Translations under genes and position numbers: made by a program
In this document: in pieces, positions 1 through 8,796 of the stretch
Position numbering within the stretch: position 1 is the first letter of the stretch
Layout: each line of letters begins with the position of its first letter
The notes under the pieces: model-generated
Seen by the model: the letters and a program-made list of their open reading frames with translations, nothing else
Databases searched by the model: none
Told to the model about the DNA's origin: nothing
DNA from: Patescibacteria group bacterium
GTDB lineage: Bacteria; Patescibacteriota; JABMPQ01; JAQVVF01
Length of the DNA stretch: 64,000 bases
Assembly: GCA_028699085.1 (NCBI GenBank)
Contig: JAQVVF010000005.1
Location: forward strand, 79 to 64,078
Direction: 5' to 3'

Positions 1-63
1 TTCCTTTTTGCCCGCCTGCTTGGGCTTCGCCCCCAAAACTTTTCGGCGGTCGGTCGGCGGGAC
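1..63 (-). repeat. Left inverted copy of GC-rich element (partial)
   Basis: Reverse complement gtcccgccgaccgaccgccgaaaagttttgggggcgaagcccaagcaggcgggcaaaaaggaa matches 7845-7904 gtcccgccgtcccgccgaaaagttttgggggcgaagcccaagcaggcgggcaaaaaggaa. Confidence 0.95.
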
Positions 64-238
64 AGAAAACAAAAGAGAAGATAAAAGAGGAATAACGCTT
101 GCCCCACCCACCCGTGCGCGCGTTATGTCGAATGAACTCCCTAATTTTGTTTGACTAAATGCTAAAAATTTCATATACTAACTCTTGATAAGTGATGATT
201 TTAATACTATATAACTATAATAGTAAAACTATACGAAT

Positions 239-448
239 ATGTCAAACGAAAAATCCACAATTGGGGACAACATAAGAAAATACCGAAACAAACTCGGTAT
301 TTCTCAAGATGTGCTTTCAAAGAAAGCAGATTTGGCTTTTCATACAATCGCCAAGATTGAAGCTGGCTCTACTCCAAACCCCACAATTGATACAGTCAAA
401 AAAATAGCGGACGCTCTCGGCGTTTCGCTTGATGATTTAATGAAATAA
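239..448 (+). CDS. XRE-family HTH transcriptional regulator (possible RM controller)
   Basis: 69 aa, classic XRE HTH (SQDVLSKKADLAFHTIAKIEAG..NPTIDTVKKIADAL), 4 nt upstream of hsdR. Confidence 0.9.
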   Translation: MSNEKSTIGDNIRKYRNKLGISQDVLSKKADLAFHTIAKIEAGSTPNPTIDTVKKIADALGVSLDDLMK

Positions 449-452
449 AATT

Positions 453-2966
453 ATGACAAATTCTAAAGAAGCAAAAGCACGAATAAAAATAAACAAATTG
501 CTTGAACAAGCGGGCTGGAGATTTTTTGATAATGAAAAAGGACAAGCAAACATTTCACTTGAACCAAATGTAAAACTTACCCAAAAGGACATTGACGCTT
601 TTGGTGAAGATTTTGAATCTACAAAAAACGGCTTTATTGATTTTTTATTGCTTGATGAAAAAGGTTTCCCACTTGTTATTTTGGAAGCCAAAAAAGAAGA
701 TAAAAATCCACTAGACGGAAAAGAACAAGCGAGAAAATATGCTCATACTGAAAATGCTCGTTTTGTAATTCTTTCAAACGGCAATCTTCATTATTTTTGG
801 GACTTGGAACGAGGCGATCCTGAAATTATCACGGAATTTCCAACGCAAGAATCTTTGAAGCACAGGCAAGATTTCAAACCCGACAATCAGCGTTTAGCAG
901 ACGAAGAAGTCAAAGAGGATTATATTGCGTTTACTCAAAATCCAAATTTCAAAGATGATCCTCGCTATCTCAACAAAGAAACACGAGAACAATATCTTTG
1001 GGACGAAAACTTGCGAATTTTACGCCCATATCAGCTCAAAGCGGTTCACGCTTTGCAAAAATCCGCCGAAGCTGGAAATGATCGTTTTCTTTTTGAAATG
1101 GCAACGGGAACAGGAAAAACGCTTATTTCCGCCGCCATTATTAAACTTTTTTTAAGAACAGGAAACGCAAAAAGAATTTTGTTTTTGGTTGACCGTTTGG
1201 AATTGGAAGATCAAGCACATAAAAACTTTGTCCGCTATTTGAGCAACGATTTTTCCTCTGTTATTTATAAGCAAAATCGTGATGACTGGAAAAAGGCGGA
1301 AGTGGTTATCACAACCGTTCAAAGTCTTTCATCGCAAGACAAATACAAAAAACTATTTTCACCAACTGATTTTGATTTAGTTATTGCTGATGAATCACAC
1401 CGAGCAATCGGCGGAAATTCGCGCGCAGTTTTTGAATACTTTATCGGCTACAAATTGGGCTTAACCGCAACACCGAAAGACTATTTGAAAAATGTTGATC
1501 CACAAAAGTTATCGCAAAAAGACCCGCGAGCTTGGGAAAGACGGCAATTGCTTGATACTTACACGACTTTTGGTTGCAAAAACGGCGAGCCGACTTTCCG
1601 CTTTAGTTTGCTTGACGGCGTGCGAGAAGGATTTTTGATCAATCCTATTGTTTCGGACGCTCGGACAGACATCACAACTGAATTGCTTTCAGAAAAAGGC
1701 TATGCGGTCATGATTGAAGATGAAGAAGGTGGCGAAAGCGAAGAAACATTTTTTCAAAAGGATTTTGAAAAGAAATTCTTTTCCGAAAAGACAAATCGTG
1801 TCTTTTGCCAAACATTTATCGAAAATTCTCTCAAAGACCCGATAAGCGGTGAAATCGGCAAAAGTATTATATTTTGTGTAAGCCAAAAACATGCTTCAAA
1901 AATTACCCAAACACTCAACCAAATGGCGAGCCAGCTTTGGCCCGACAAATACAATTCTGATTTTGCCGTGCAAATAACCTCAAACATTGCCGATAGCCAA
2001 CAATTCCCGATCAATTTTGCCAATAACAATTTAAGCGGGCATACAAAATTTTTAGAAAACTACAAATCAAGCAAAACCAGAATTTGTGTAACTGTCGGAA
2101 TGATGACGACTGGCTATGATTGCCAAGATATTTTGAATCTTGCGCTTATGCGTCCCGTCTTTTCGCCGACTGATTTTATCCAGATCAAAGGACGAGGAAC
2201 AAGAAAATTTACTTTTGAATATACCGACGAATACGGCGAAAAGCACAAAGCAATAAAAGATCATTTCAAATTTTTTGATTTTTTCGCTAACTGCGAATAC
2301 TTTGAAGAAAAATTTGATTATGACGAGGTTTTGCTGTTGCCTATCAAACAAAAAGGAACTGGTGGAGAAGGACCTGTCGGCGTTGATATTGATGAAATAG
2401 AAATTTTCAATCCCGACAAGGTAAAATCCCTCACCGAAATACCCGTTGGAATTGAGGGAATGAAAGTTGATCGAAAACTTTTTGAGAAAGCCCGCGAGGA
2501 ATTACAAAACGATCCCGAAGTAAAAACTGCCGTTGAAAGCGAGCAATGGGAAAAGGCGGTGCAGATAATGCGGAACAAATACGAAGACAAACCGCAATTA
2601 TTCCTAAATCTTGAAAAAATCCGCAAGAGTGAAAATCTTGATCGCCGTATTTCTTGGCGTGAATTTTTAGAGCGAGCTTTCGGCTTGATTGATGTTTTCA
2701 AATCCAAAGACGAGAAATTGGAAGAAGAATGCGAAAAATTTATTTCAATCTACAAACCCGAAAGCAAATATGTTCCACATATCAAAAATTATCTGAAGGC
2801 GTATGTTACGGATTCAGAAATTCGCGACATTATAGATTCCAAAGAATATGGGCGTTTTGCAACCAATCCAAAAGTTACGATGAAAGATTTTCGAGATCTG
2901 AATGGATATCGTGAAGTCGTCCCTGAATATGTAAAGGATTATGTAGCTATTAACGCTTTCATGTAA
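453..2966 (+). CDS. hsdR: Type I restriction enzyme R subunit (EcoAI/EcoEI-like)
   Basis: N-terminal D..EAK nuclease motif, Walker A MATGTGKT, DESHR, LTATP, TGYD, QIKGRGTR SF2 motifs. Confidence 0.9.
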   Translation: MTNSKEAKARIKINKLLEQAGWRFFDNEKGQANISLEPNVKLTQKDIDAFGEDFESTKNGFIDFLLLDEKGFPLVILEAKKEDKNPLDGKEQARKYAHTENARFVILSNGNLHYFWDLERGDPEIITEFPTQESLKHRQDFKPDNQRLADEEVKEDYIAFTQNPNFKDDPRYLNKETREQYLWDENLRILRPYQLKAVHALQKSAEAGNDRFLFEMATGTGKTLISAAIIKLFLRTGNAKRILFLVDRLELEDQAHKNFVRYLSNDFSSVIYKQNRDDWKKAEVVITTVQSLSSQDKYKKLFSPTDFDLVIADESHRAIGGNSRAVFEYFIGYKLGLTATPKDYLKNVDPQKLSQKDPRAWERRQLLDTYTTFGCKNGEPTFRFSLLDGVREGFLINPIVSDARTDITTELLSEKGYAVMIEDEEGGESEETFFQKDFEKKFFSEKTNRVFCQTFIENSLKDPISGEIGKSIIFCVSQKHASKITQTLNQMASQLWPDKYNSDFAVQITSNIADSQQFPINFANNNLSGHTKFLENYKSSKTRICVTVGMMTTGYDCQDILNLALMRPVFSPTDFIQIKGRGTRKFTFEYTDEYGEKHKAIKDHFKFFDFFANCEYFEEKFDYDEVLLLPIKQKGTGGEGPVGVDIDEIEIFNPDKVKSLTEIPVGIEGMKVDRKLFEKAREELQNDPEVKTAVESEQWEKAVQIMRNKYEDKPQLFLNLEKIRKSENLDRRISWREFLERAFGLIDVFKSKDEKLEEECEKFISIYKPESKYVPHIKNYLKAYVTDSEIRDIIDSKEYGRFATNPKVTMKDFRDLNGYREVVPEYVKDYVAINAFM

Positions 2967-2971
2967 AAATT

Positions 2972-5428
2972 ATGCTTAATCAAGATACAAAACGAAAAAT
3001 TGACTCTGCCCGTAATATCCTTGTCGGCAAAGTTCCTGATCCAAAAGCACAGGTTGAGCAAATCACGACTGCTCTCATCTATAAATTTATGGATGATATG
3101 GACAAGGAAGCTCAAGAGCTTGGCGGTAAGGCAAGGTATTTTACAAATGGCTACGAAAAATATTCGTGGACAAAATTGATGGATGTAAAACTTGGTGGGC
3201 ATGAACGCTTGAACCTGTATTTTGAAGCAGTGAGCAGTCTTGGTCGCAATCAGCACATGCCACAAATTTTTAGAGATATTTTCGGCGATAAATCATTGCC
3301 ACCCTATCGTGATCCGCAAACCCTCACTCTTTTTTTGAAAGAGATAAATGGCTTTAATTTTGATCACAGCGAAGATTTGGGTGACGCTTATGAATACCTG
3401 CTTAATGTTATTGGCACATCTGGCGAAGCGGGACAATTTCGCACGCCTCGCCAAATTATTGATTTTATAGCAACAGCGGTTGATCCAAAAAAAGGTGATA
3501 CAGTTTGCGATCCTGCCTGCGGAACGGCTGGCTTCTTGATTTCTGCCTACAAACATATTTTAAAACAGCATGACGGTTTAGATGATCCCGAAAAAACAGA
3601 AAAACCGCTTACTCCAGACGAAAAGAAAAATTTGATGAATCATTTTGTCGGCTACGATATTGATCCAGGAATGGTGCGGATTGCTACGGTAAATATGTAT
3701 TTGCACAATTTTCCTGAACCGAAAATTTTTGAATACGACACGCTCACTTATGAGGACAGGTGGGACGAAACTTTTGATGTGATTCTCGCCAATCCGCCAT
3801 TTATGACACCAAAGGGCGGAATTCGTCCGCACAAGCGTTTTAGTATTCAAGCGAACCGATCGGAAGTCCTTTTTGTTGATTATATTGCCGACCATTTGAA
3901 TCTAAACGGCAAGGCGGGCGTGATTGTTCCCGAAGGGATTATTTTCAATAATCAAGTTGCATACAAGAATTTGCGAAAAAAATTAGTGGAAAGTTGTTTG
4001 ATTGCCGTCGTGAGTTTGCCTCAAGGTATTTTTATCAAGCCGGGCGGAAAAGGAAATGTCAAAACTGGTGTTTTGATTTTTGACAAAGAACTGGTCAAAA
4101 AAACCAAAGATGTTTTATTTGTGAAAATCAGCAATGACGGTTTTGATCTTGGCGCGCAAAGACGAGTAATTGATAAAAATGATTTGCCCTTGGCTTTGGG
4201 AATTATCAAAAGATATAAATCTGCGTTGAAAAACGGCAAGGATTTTGAATTAGACGAAGAAGAAAACAAAATTGCGCATATTGTTGCCAAAGAAAAAATT
4301 GCTGAAACTGGCGACTATAATTTAACAAATGAACGATATAAAGAAACGGCTGAGCGAATAAATCAAAAATATCCAATGGTTGAATTGGGCGAGGTTTGTG
4401 AGATGTATCAACCAAAAACAATCACCTCAAAAGAAATAAAATCAGAAGGAAAATATAAGGTTTTTGGGGCAAATGGAGTTATTGGATATTACGACAAGTA
4501 TAATCACGAAGATAGCGAGGTTCTTATCACTTGTCGTGGGGCAACTTGTGGGACACTTAATTTATCTGAGCCAAATTCTTGGATTACTGGAAATGCAATG
4601 GTAATAAAGCCAAAGGATGATCGACTTAGCAAGCAGTTTCTTTTTTACATTCTGAAACAATCAAACTTTAAATCGGTAATTTCTGGATCAGCTCAACCTC
4701 AAATAACAAGGACATCATTATCACCTTTAGAAATACCACTTCCGCCGATTGAAATTCAAAAAGAAATCGTTGAGCAGATTGAGGTCAAGCAAAATGCCAT
4801 AGATCACGCCAAGGCGATTATCCAAAATCTAGAGAGAGAGAGACGCTATTTTGGTCAATCACTTAGAAAATTAGAAGGCGTTGAATGGGTGGAATTGGGT
4901 GAAATTTTTGAAAAAGTGAGTGATCAAATCAATCCACAAAATAATTCTGGTTCAGTCGTCTATATTGGACTAGAAAACATTGAATCAAATTCAGGAAATA
5001 TAGTTGGGGAAATAAATACCGAAATGAAATCAATTAGAAGCATTAAAAATGTATTTAAAGAATCAGATATTCTGTATGGAAAACTAAGACCGAATTTAAA
5101 CAAGGTATGGTTATCAGATCGAAAAGGCATTTGCTCTACTGATATTCTGGTTTTAAGGAAAAAGAAAGAAGAAATGAATCCGTGGCTTTACACAATTATT
5201 TTAAGAAGTGAGGAATTTAACACTGAGGTTTTGAAAGGGCTAAAAGGTGCGCAATTGCCAAGAGTGAGTTTTGAGTACTTATCTAAAATCAAAATCCCAT
5301 ACTTGGTAGAAGAATTACAAGAAAGATATTTGAGCGATTTAAAAAATGAGGAAGAAGCAATAAATGCAAACAAAAAAATGATTGAAATTTACGAACAAAA
5401 AATTTCTGATGTGTTAAGCGAAATATAA
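2972..5428 (+). CDS. hsdM: Type I N6-adenine methyltransferase fused to specificity subunit (HsdM-HsdS, two TRDs)
   Basis: GQFRTP, DPACGTAGF, NPPF motifs, then two HsdS repeats (MVELGEVC...GSAQPQI...IPLPPIEIQ; WVELGEIF...GAQLPRV...IP). Confidence 0.9.
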   Translation: MLNQDTKRKIDSARNILVGKVPDPKAQVEQITTALIYKFMDDMDKEAQELGGKARYFTNGYEKYSWTKLMDVKLGGHERLNLYFEAVSSLGRNQHMPQIFRDIFGDKSLPPYRDPQTLTLFLKEINGFNFDHSEDLGDAYEYLLNVIGTSGEAGQFRTPRQIIDFIATAVDPKKGDTVCDPACGTAGFLISAYKHILKQHDGLDDPEKTEKPLTPDEKKNLMNHFVGYDIDPGMVRIATVNMYLHNFPEPKIFEYDTLTYEDRWDETFDVILANPPFMTPKGGIRPHKRFSIQANRSEVLFVDYIADHLNLNGKAGVIVPEGIIFNNQVAYKNLRKKLVESCLIAVVSLPQGIFIKPGGKGNVKTGVLIFDKELVKKTKDVLFVKISNDGFDLGAQRRVIDKNDLPLALGIIKRYKSALKNGKDFELDEEENKIAHIVAKEKIAETGDYNLTNERYKETAERINQKYPMVELGEVCEMYQPKTITSKEIKSEGKYKVFGANGVIGYYDKYNHEDSEVLITCRGATCGTLNLSEPNSWITGNAMVIKPKDDRLSKQFLFYILKQSNFKSVISGSAQPQITRTSLSPLEIPLPPIEIQKEIVEQIEVKQNAIDHAKAIIQNLERERRYFGQSLRKLEGVEWVELGEIFEKVSDQINPQNNSGSVVYIGLENIESNSGNIVGEINTEMKSIRSIKNVFKESDILYGKLRPNLNKVWLSDRKGICSTDILVLRKKKEEMNPWLYTIILRSEEFNTEVLKGLKGAQLPRVSFEYLSKIKIPYLVEELQERYLSDLKNEEEAINANKKMIEIYEQKISDVLSEI
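4831..4843 (+). repeat. (AG)6A microsatellite in the inter-TRD spacer of hsdM-S
   Basis: ctAGAGAGAGAGAGAcgc encoding LERERR. Confidence 0.9.
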
Positions 5429-5430
5429 CT

Positions 5431-7845
5431 ATGATTAGCAAAATCTCAAAACTCGATAAAGTTGCTAAATTTTCTTCCATTACACAAGAGAAGGTTTTTC
5501 AATATGGTGGGAAAGGACAAAACTGCAATATCGTCTTTGGATTTAATGGATCTGGGAAAACCACTCTATCAAATGCAATTTCATTTTTCGCCGACAACTC
5601 CTTTATTAGTGAGGACGAAAAGAAAGAAATATATGATGATATAAAAAATGGTGATGATTCTATCGTTGAATTAAGCACACAAGGAAATTCAACAATAAAA
5701 TACCCTGCCAACAGCGCACATAGTAAAAATATTTATATTTTCAATTCCAACTTTGTCGCTACTCATGTTTTTAACGGCACGAAAGGAAAATTGAAAAAAT
5801 TTTCGAATATAGGCGGTGAAATTAAAAACAAGGAAATTGATAATATCAATCAGCAAATTGAAGTGCTTGACGAGGAGAAGAAAAAGCTAGAAAACGAAAA
5901 TACAAAATTAGGCGAAAAGCACGAGGAAATTACAAAAACCAGAAGCAAAAGTTTTGGTAAAACTTTGACCGATAAAAACAAAAGACTTTTAACTCAAGAT
6001 TTAACTAATGTTCAATTACCCACAGAAACTATTGAAAATCTTGAAGTAAAACTCGCTACATTTTCTGCCGATTATGAATTGAGCAAAAAACAGACTGAGT
6101 TAAACGCCGACCTTGAAGAATTACGACAACTAAATTTTAGCTCATTGGATTTTGATTTTCCAAAATTAGACGAGCTACTGGCAAAAAATATTCAACAACT
6201 GTCAAAAGAAGTTTTGGAAAAAAAGATAAAGGAAGTGCAAAATCTTTTTTCGGATGACCAACATAAACAAAGTGTTGAGAAATGGTTTAGATTTGGAAAG
6301 GATGTTTTAGAGAACACAAACGGGAATGACAAAAAACACTGCCCGATTTGTAATACAGATATATCAGAGCGAATGAGTTTAATTTTGAAGGATTATCAAG
6401 GATATTTTGATGAAAGTTATGAAAATTTTATTAACGATTTAAAGCTAAAAAGTGATGATATTTCAACGAATACCGTCACTTTAGAACAACACGAGCTAAA
6501 TGCTAGTAAATTAGAAAAACTGCAAATCAAGTATGCAAAACTGCTAGGCGAGCTTTCTTTTGAAAAATTTGATTTTAAAGATATTAAAGCTGACCTTGTT
6601 GAGTTAAAAGAAAGTTTTGTTTCAAAAAATGGGAATGTTCAAGACAATTTTTCAAAACCAAAGAATATAGAAAATAATATTACTGCCCTCAATCTTGCCT
6701 TGACAGCGTTTCAAGAACTCAGGAACAATGTTTTGAAACTTTTAGAATCAAAGAAATTAAACACGCACACTATTGAGGGACAAATCAGACAAACCTATAA
6801 CGAAATTATCCTACTAGAATTTAATCAAACTGATAAACTTGGGGCAATAAAGAAGTACAAAGTCAATAAAAATAGAATTGAGGCTATCATAGACAGCAAA
6901 GAGGCAGGTCTTCCTTTTTGGAAAAACAAATTGCTAGAAGAATTAAGGAAGCTCAAAGCTGAATCAAAGAGTATTTCCAGATATTTAAACAAAATGGGGA
7001 TAGATCATTTTGATATTGATATTAACGAAGAAAAACAAGACGAAAATATTATAATCAAATACAAAAATTCGACAAATGAGAAAAATAAGCTCAAAAATTG
7101 TTTGAGCGACGGCGAAAAAACAGCGTTAGCTTTCGCGTATTTTTTAAGTAAATTTGAAAATGAAATAAACACACCAGAAAAAGTGAAAGATTCTGTTGTG
7201 GTTATAGATGATCCGATTTCTAGCTTGGACGATAACAGACTTTACAGCACCGCTCATTTAATTTGGCGCAACTTTGAGGAAGCAAAGCAACTCATCGTAT
7301 TGAGTCATAACTTTCTTTTCTTGAAGTTTTTCAATTCTTTTTATTGTGGAAAAGCAAACTGTTTATTCTTGGATAGTGAAAAGATTACTGATTTGCCAGA
7401 TGAATTAAAAAACTTTGAAACGCCTTATTTTTATATGCTTAAGACAATCATTGATTTCTTGGATCAGAATAATCAAAATGTAAATTACAATGAAGCGAAA
7501 CGATACTTACCGAATTTCATTAGACGAGTTTTGGAAACATTTCTATCATTTAAGTTTTCAAGAACAGTCAACAAATCTGGCGGACATAGAAGTCCTGGAT
7601 TAAACGAATTTGATGAAAATATTGATAATACTGATATGGATGATAAAATAAAGAAAGAGTTGAAAGATAAAATAGCAGAAATAAACAGAATTGCAGATGC
7701 ACATTCTCACGGAAACGCTCATCACACGCAAGAAAATTTTTATATTTCCGAAACCGATCTCAAAACATTATCCCAAAGTGCAATCTCTGTTATTGAAACA
7801 ATGGATAATTTGCACAAGACTTGTTTTGTTAAAATTGAAAATTAG
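5431..7845 (+). CDS. RloC-like AAA_13 ABC ATPase with zinc hook and C-terminal HEPN-type domain (putative anticodon nuclease)
   Basis: Walker A GFNGSGKT, coiled coil with CPIC hook, LSDGE signature, IDDPISSLD Walker B/D-loop, LSHN H-loop, C-terminal RRVLETFL...RIADAHSH. Confidence 0.75.
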   Translation: MISKISKLDKVAKFSSITQEKVFQYGGKGQNCNIVFGFNGSGKTTLSNAISFFADNSFISEDEKKEIYDDIKNGDDSIVELSTQGNSTIKYPANSAHSKNIYIFNSNFVATHVFNGTKGKLKKFSNIGGEIKNKEIDNINQQIEVLDEEKKKLENENTKLGEKHEEITKTRSKSFGKTLTDKNKRLLTQDLTNVQLPTETIENLEVKLATFSADYELSKKQTELNADLEELRQLNFSSLDFDFPKLDELLAKNIQQLSKEVLEKKIKEVQNLFSDDQHKQSVEKWFRFGKDVLENTNGNDKKHCPICNTDISERMSLILKDYQGYFDESYENFINDLKLKSDDISTNTVTLEQHELNASKLEKLQIKYAKLLGELSFEKFDFKDIKADLVELKESFVSKNGNVQDNFSKPKNIENNITALNLALTAFQELRNNVLKLLESKKLNTHTIEGQIRQTYNEIILLEFNQTDKLGAIKKYKVNKNRIEAIIDSKEAGLPFWKNKLLEELRKLKAESKSISRYLNKMGIDHFDIDINEEKQDENIIIKYKNSTNEKNKLKNCLSDGEKTALAFAYFLSKFENEINTPEKVKDSVVVIDDPISSLDDNRLYSTAHLIWRNFEEAKQLIVLSHNFLFLKFFNSFYCGKANCLFLDSEKITDLPDELKNFETPYFYMLKTIIDFLDQNNQNVNYNEAKRYLPNFIRRVLETFLSFKFSRTVNKSGGHRSPGLNEFDENIDNTDMDDKIKKELKDKIAEINRIADAHSHGNAHHTQENFYISETDLKTLSQSAISVIETMDNLHKTCFVKIEN

Positions 7846-8201
7846 TCCCGCCGTCCCGCCGAAAAGTTTTGGGGGCGAAGCCCAAGCAGGCGGGCAAAAA
7901 GGAAGGGGGTTGGGGGGAAGGAATTTTTGCCCGCCTGCTTCCGTTCCCGTTCCGTTTGAGCAAAGGAAAAGCGGAAGGGGGGTTTGGGGGGAATTCCGCC
8001 ACGCCCGAGCGAAATCAAATTGTGGACAGCCCCGCCGTCCTGCTCGTTAAGAGCAGAACCCCGCACAAAAGTTTTCTTTTCCTTTTAGAAGAAAAAAATC
8101 GGCGCGCGCAAATCAAAAATTGTGAAGAAAACTTTTTTGCGGGGTGGCGAGGTTTCCGAGCGACGGCGGGGCTGGCTTCCTTATTGGGGGTTTTGCTCAA
8201 A
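7845..8201 (+). repeat. GC-rich multi-stem structured non-coding element (right copy)
   Basis: Stems 7884-7900/7924-7940 (17 bp perfect), 7955-7964/8192-8201, 8027-8039/8162-8174, 8059-8078/8125-8144; two G-tract loops; GGGCGAAGCCC mini-hairpin. Confidence 0.85.
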
Positions 8202-8255
8202 AAAAGTTCGAACATCAATCAAAAAACACCGTTTTTTATAAAAAAATATTTTTAT

Positions 8256-8738
8256 ATGGAAAATAACAAACAATCTACACAATGTTGTCCAAAATTTAAT
8301 CCAGAACTTTGGGATAATAAAATTATTACTTGGAATAACAAAAAATTTATCAAAGATAAAGTTTTCACCTTGTTCCACATGCCAATTAATTTTGGTTCAG
8401 TTATGAAAAGAATAACTGAAAAGGTAGAAAAAAATAAAGTTAATATTCCTGGTTATCTTTGCCTATCAGATCATACTTCAAAATGGAATATGGATGTTTA
8501 TTTAGCAGTTGATAAAGAAGTACCTGATGCTGAAAATATTACTTTAAATGGAAAATACTTAAGTAAAGTTTATGAAGGAAATTTTAAAGATACAGGCAAA
8601 TGGAGTGAAGATTTTAAAAATTTTGCTAAAGAAAAAGGTTTTAATATCAAAAAATGGTATATGTGGTATACGACTTGTCCAAAATGCGCCAAAAAATATG
8701 GCAAGAATTATGTAGCAATAATTGCCCAAATTGGCTAA
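8256..8738 (+). CDS. Conserved hypothetical, GyrI-like/bacterial hydrolase-type small protein
   Basis: Likely start MENNKQ; CCPKF..W, YEG.F, YTTCPKCAKKYGKNY motifs; the upstream in-frame part runs through the non-coding element. Confidence 0.7.
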   Translation: MENNKQSTQCCPKFNPELWDNKIITWNNKKFIKDKVFTLFHMPINFGSVMKRITEKVEKNKVNIPGYLCLSDHTSKWNMDVYLAVDKEVPDAENITLNGKYLSKVYEGNFKDTGKWSEDFKNFAKEKGFNIKKWYMWYTTCPKCAKKYGKNYVAIIAQIG

Positions 8739-8796
8739 CTATATCAAAAATATTTTTTGGATAATTTGATTTTAAAAAAATAAATAACGAAAATTT

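Larger units (their letters stand above)
1..8237. mobile_element. Putative defence island (type I RM + RloC-like) bounded by inverted GC-rich elements; left end truncated by window edge
   Basis: 1-63 is the reverse complement of 7845-7904 (one small indel); cargo is defence genes; no integrase or transposase is visible inside the window. Confidence 0.6.

Noticed and set aside
89-128. attC-like ends (ATAAC ... GTTATGT) before the XRE gene
   Set aside because: Only about 40 nt, shorter than attC sites, with no L boxes, no array and no integron integrase; just a 7-bp inverted repeat
200-235. ACTATA repeats upstream of the XRE gene as C-boxes
   Set aside because: Plausible operator, but too short and AT-rich to distinguish from background
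7691-8255. ORFs through the GC-rich element (7691-8050, 7842-8066, 8015-8218, N-terminal 129 aa of 7869-8738)
   Set aside because: Open only because of high GC; the sequence is explained by nucleotide-level stems, and the downstream protein starts naturally at 8256
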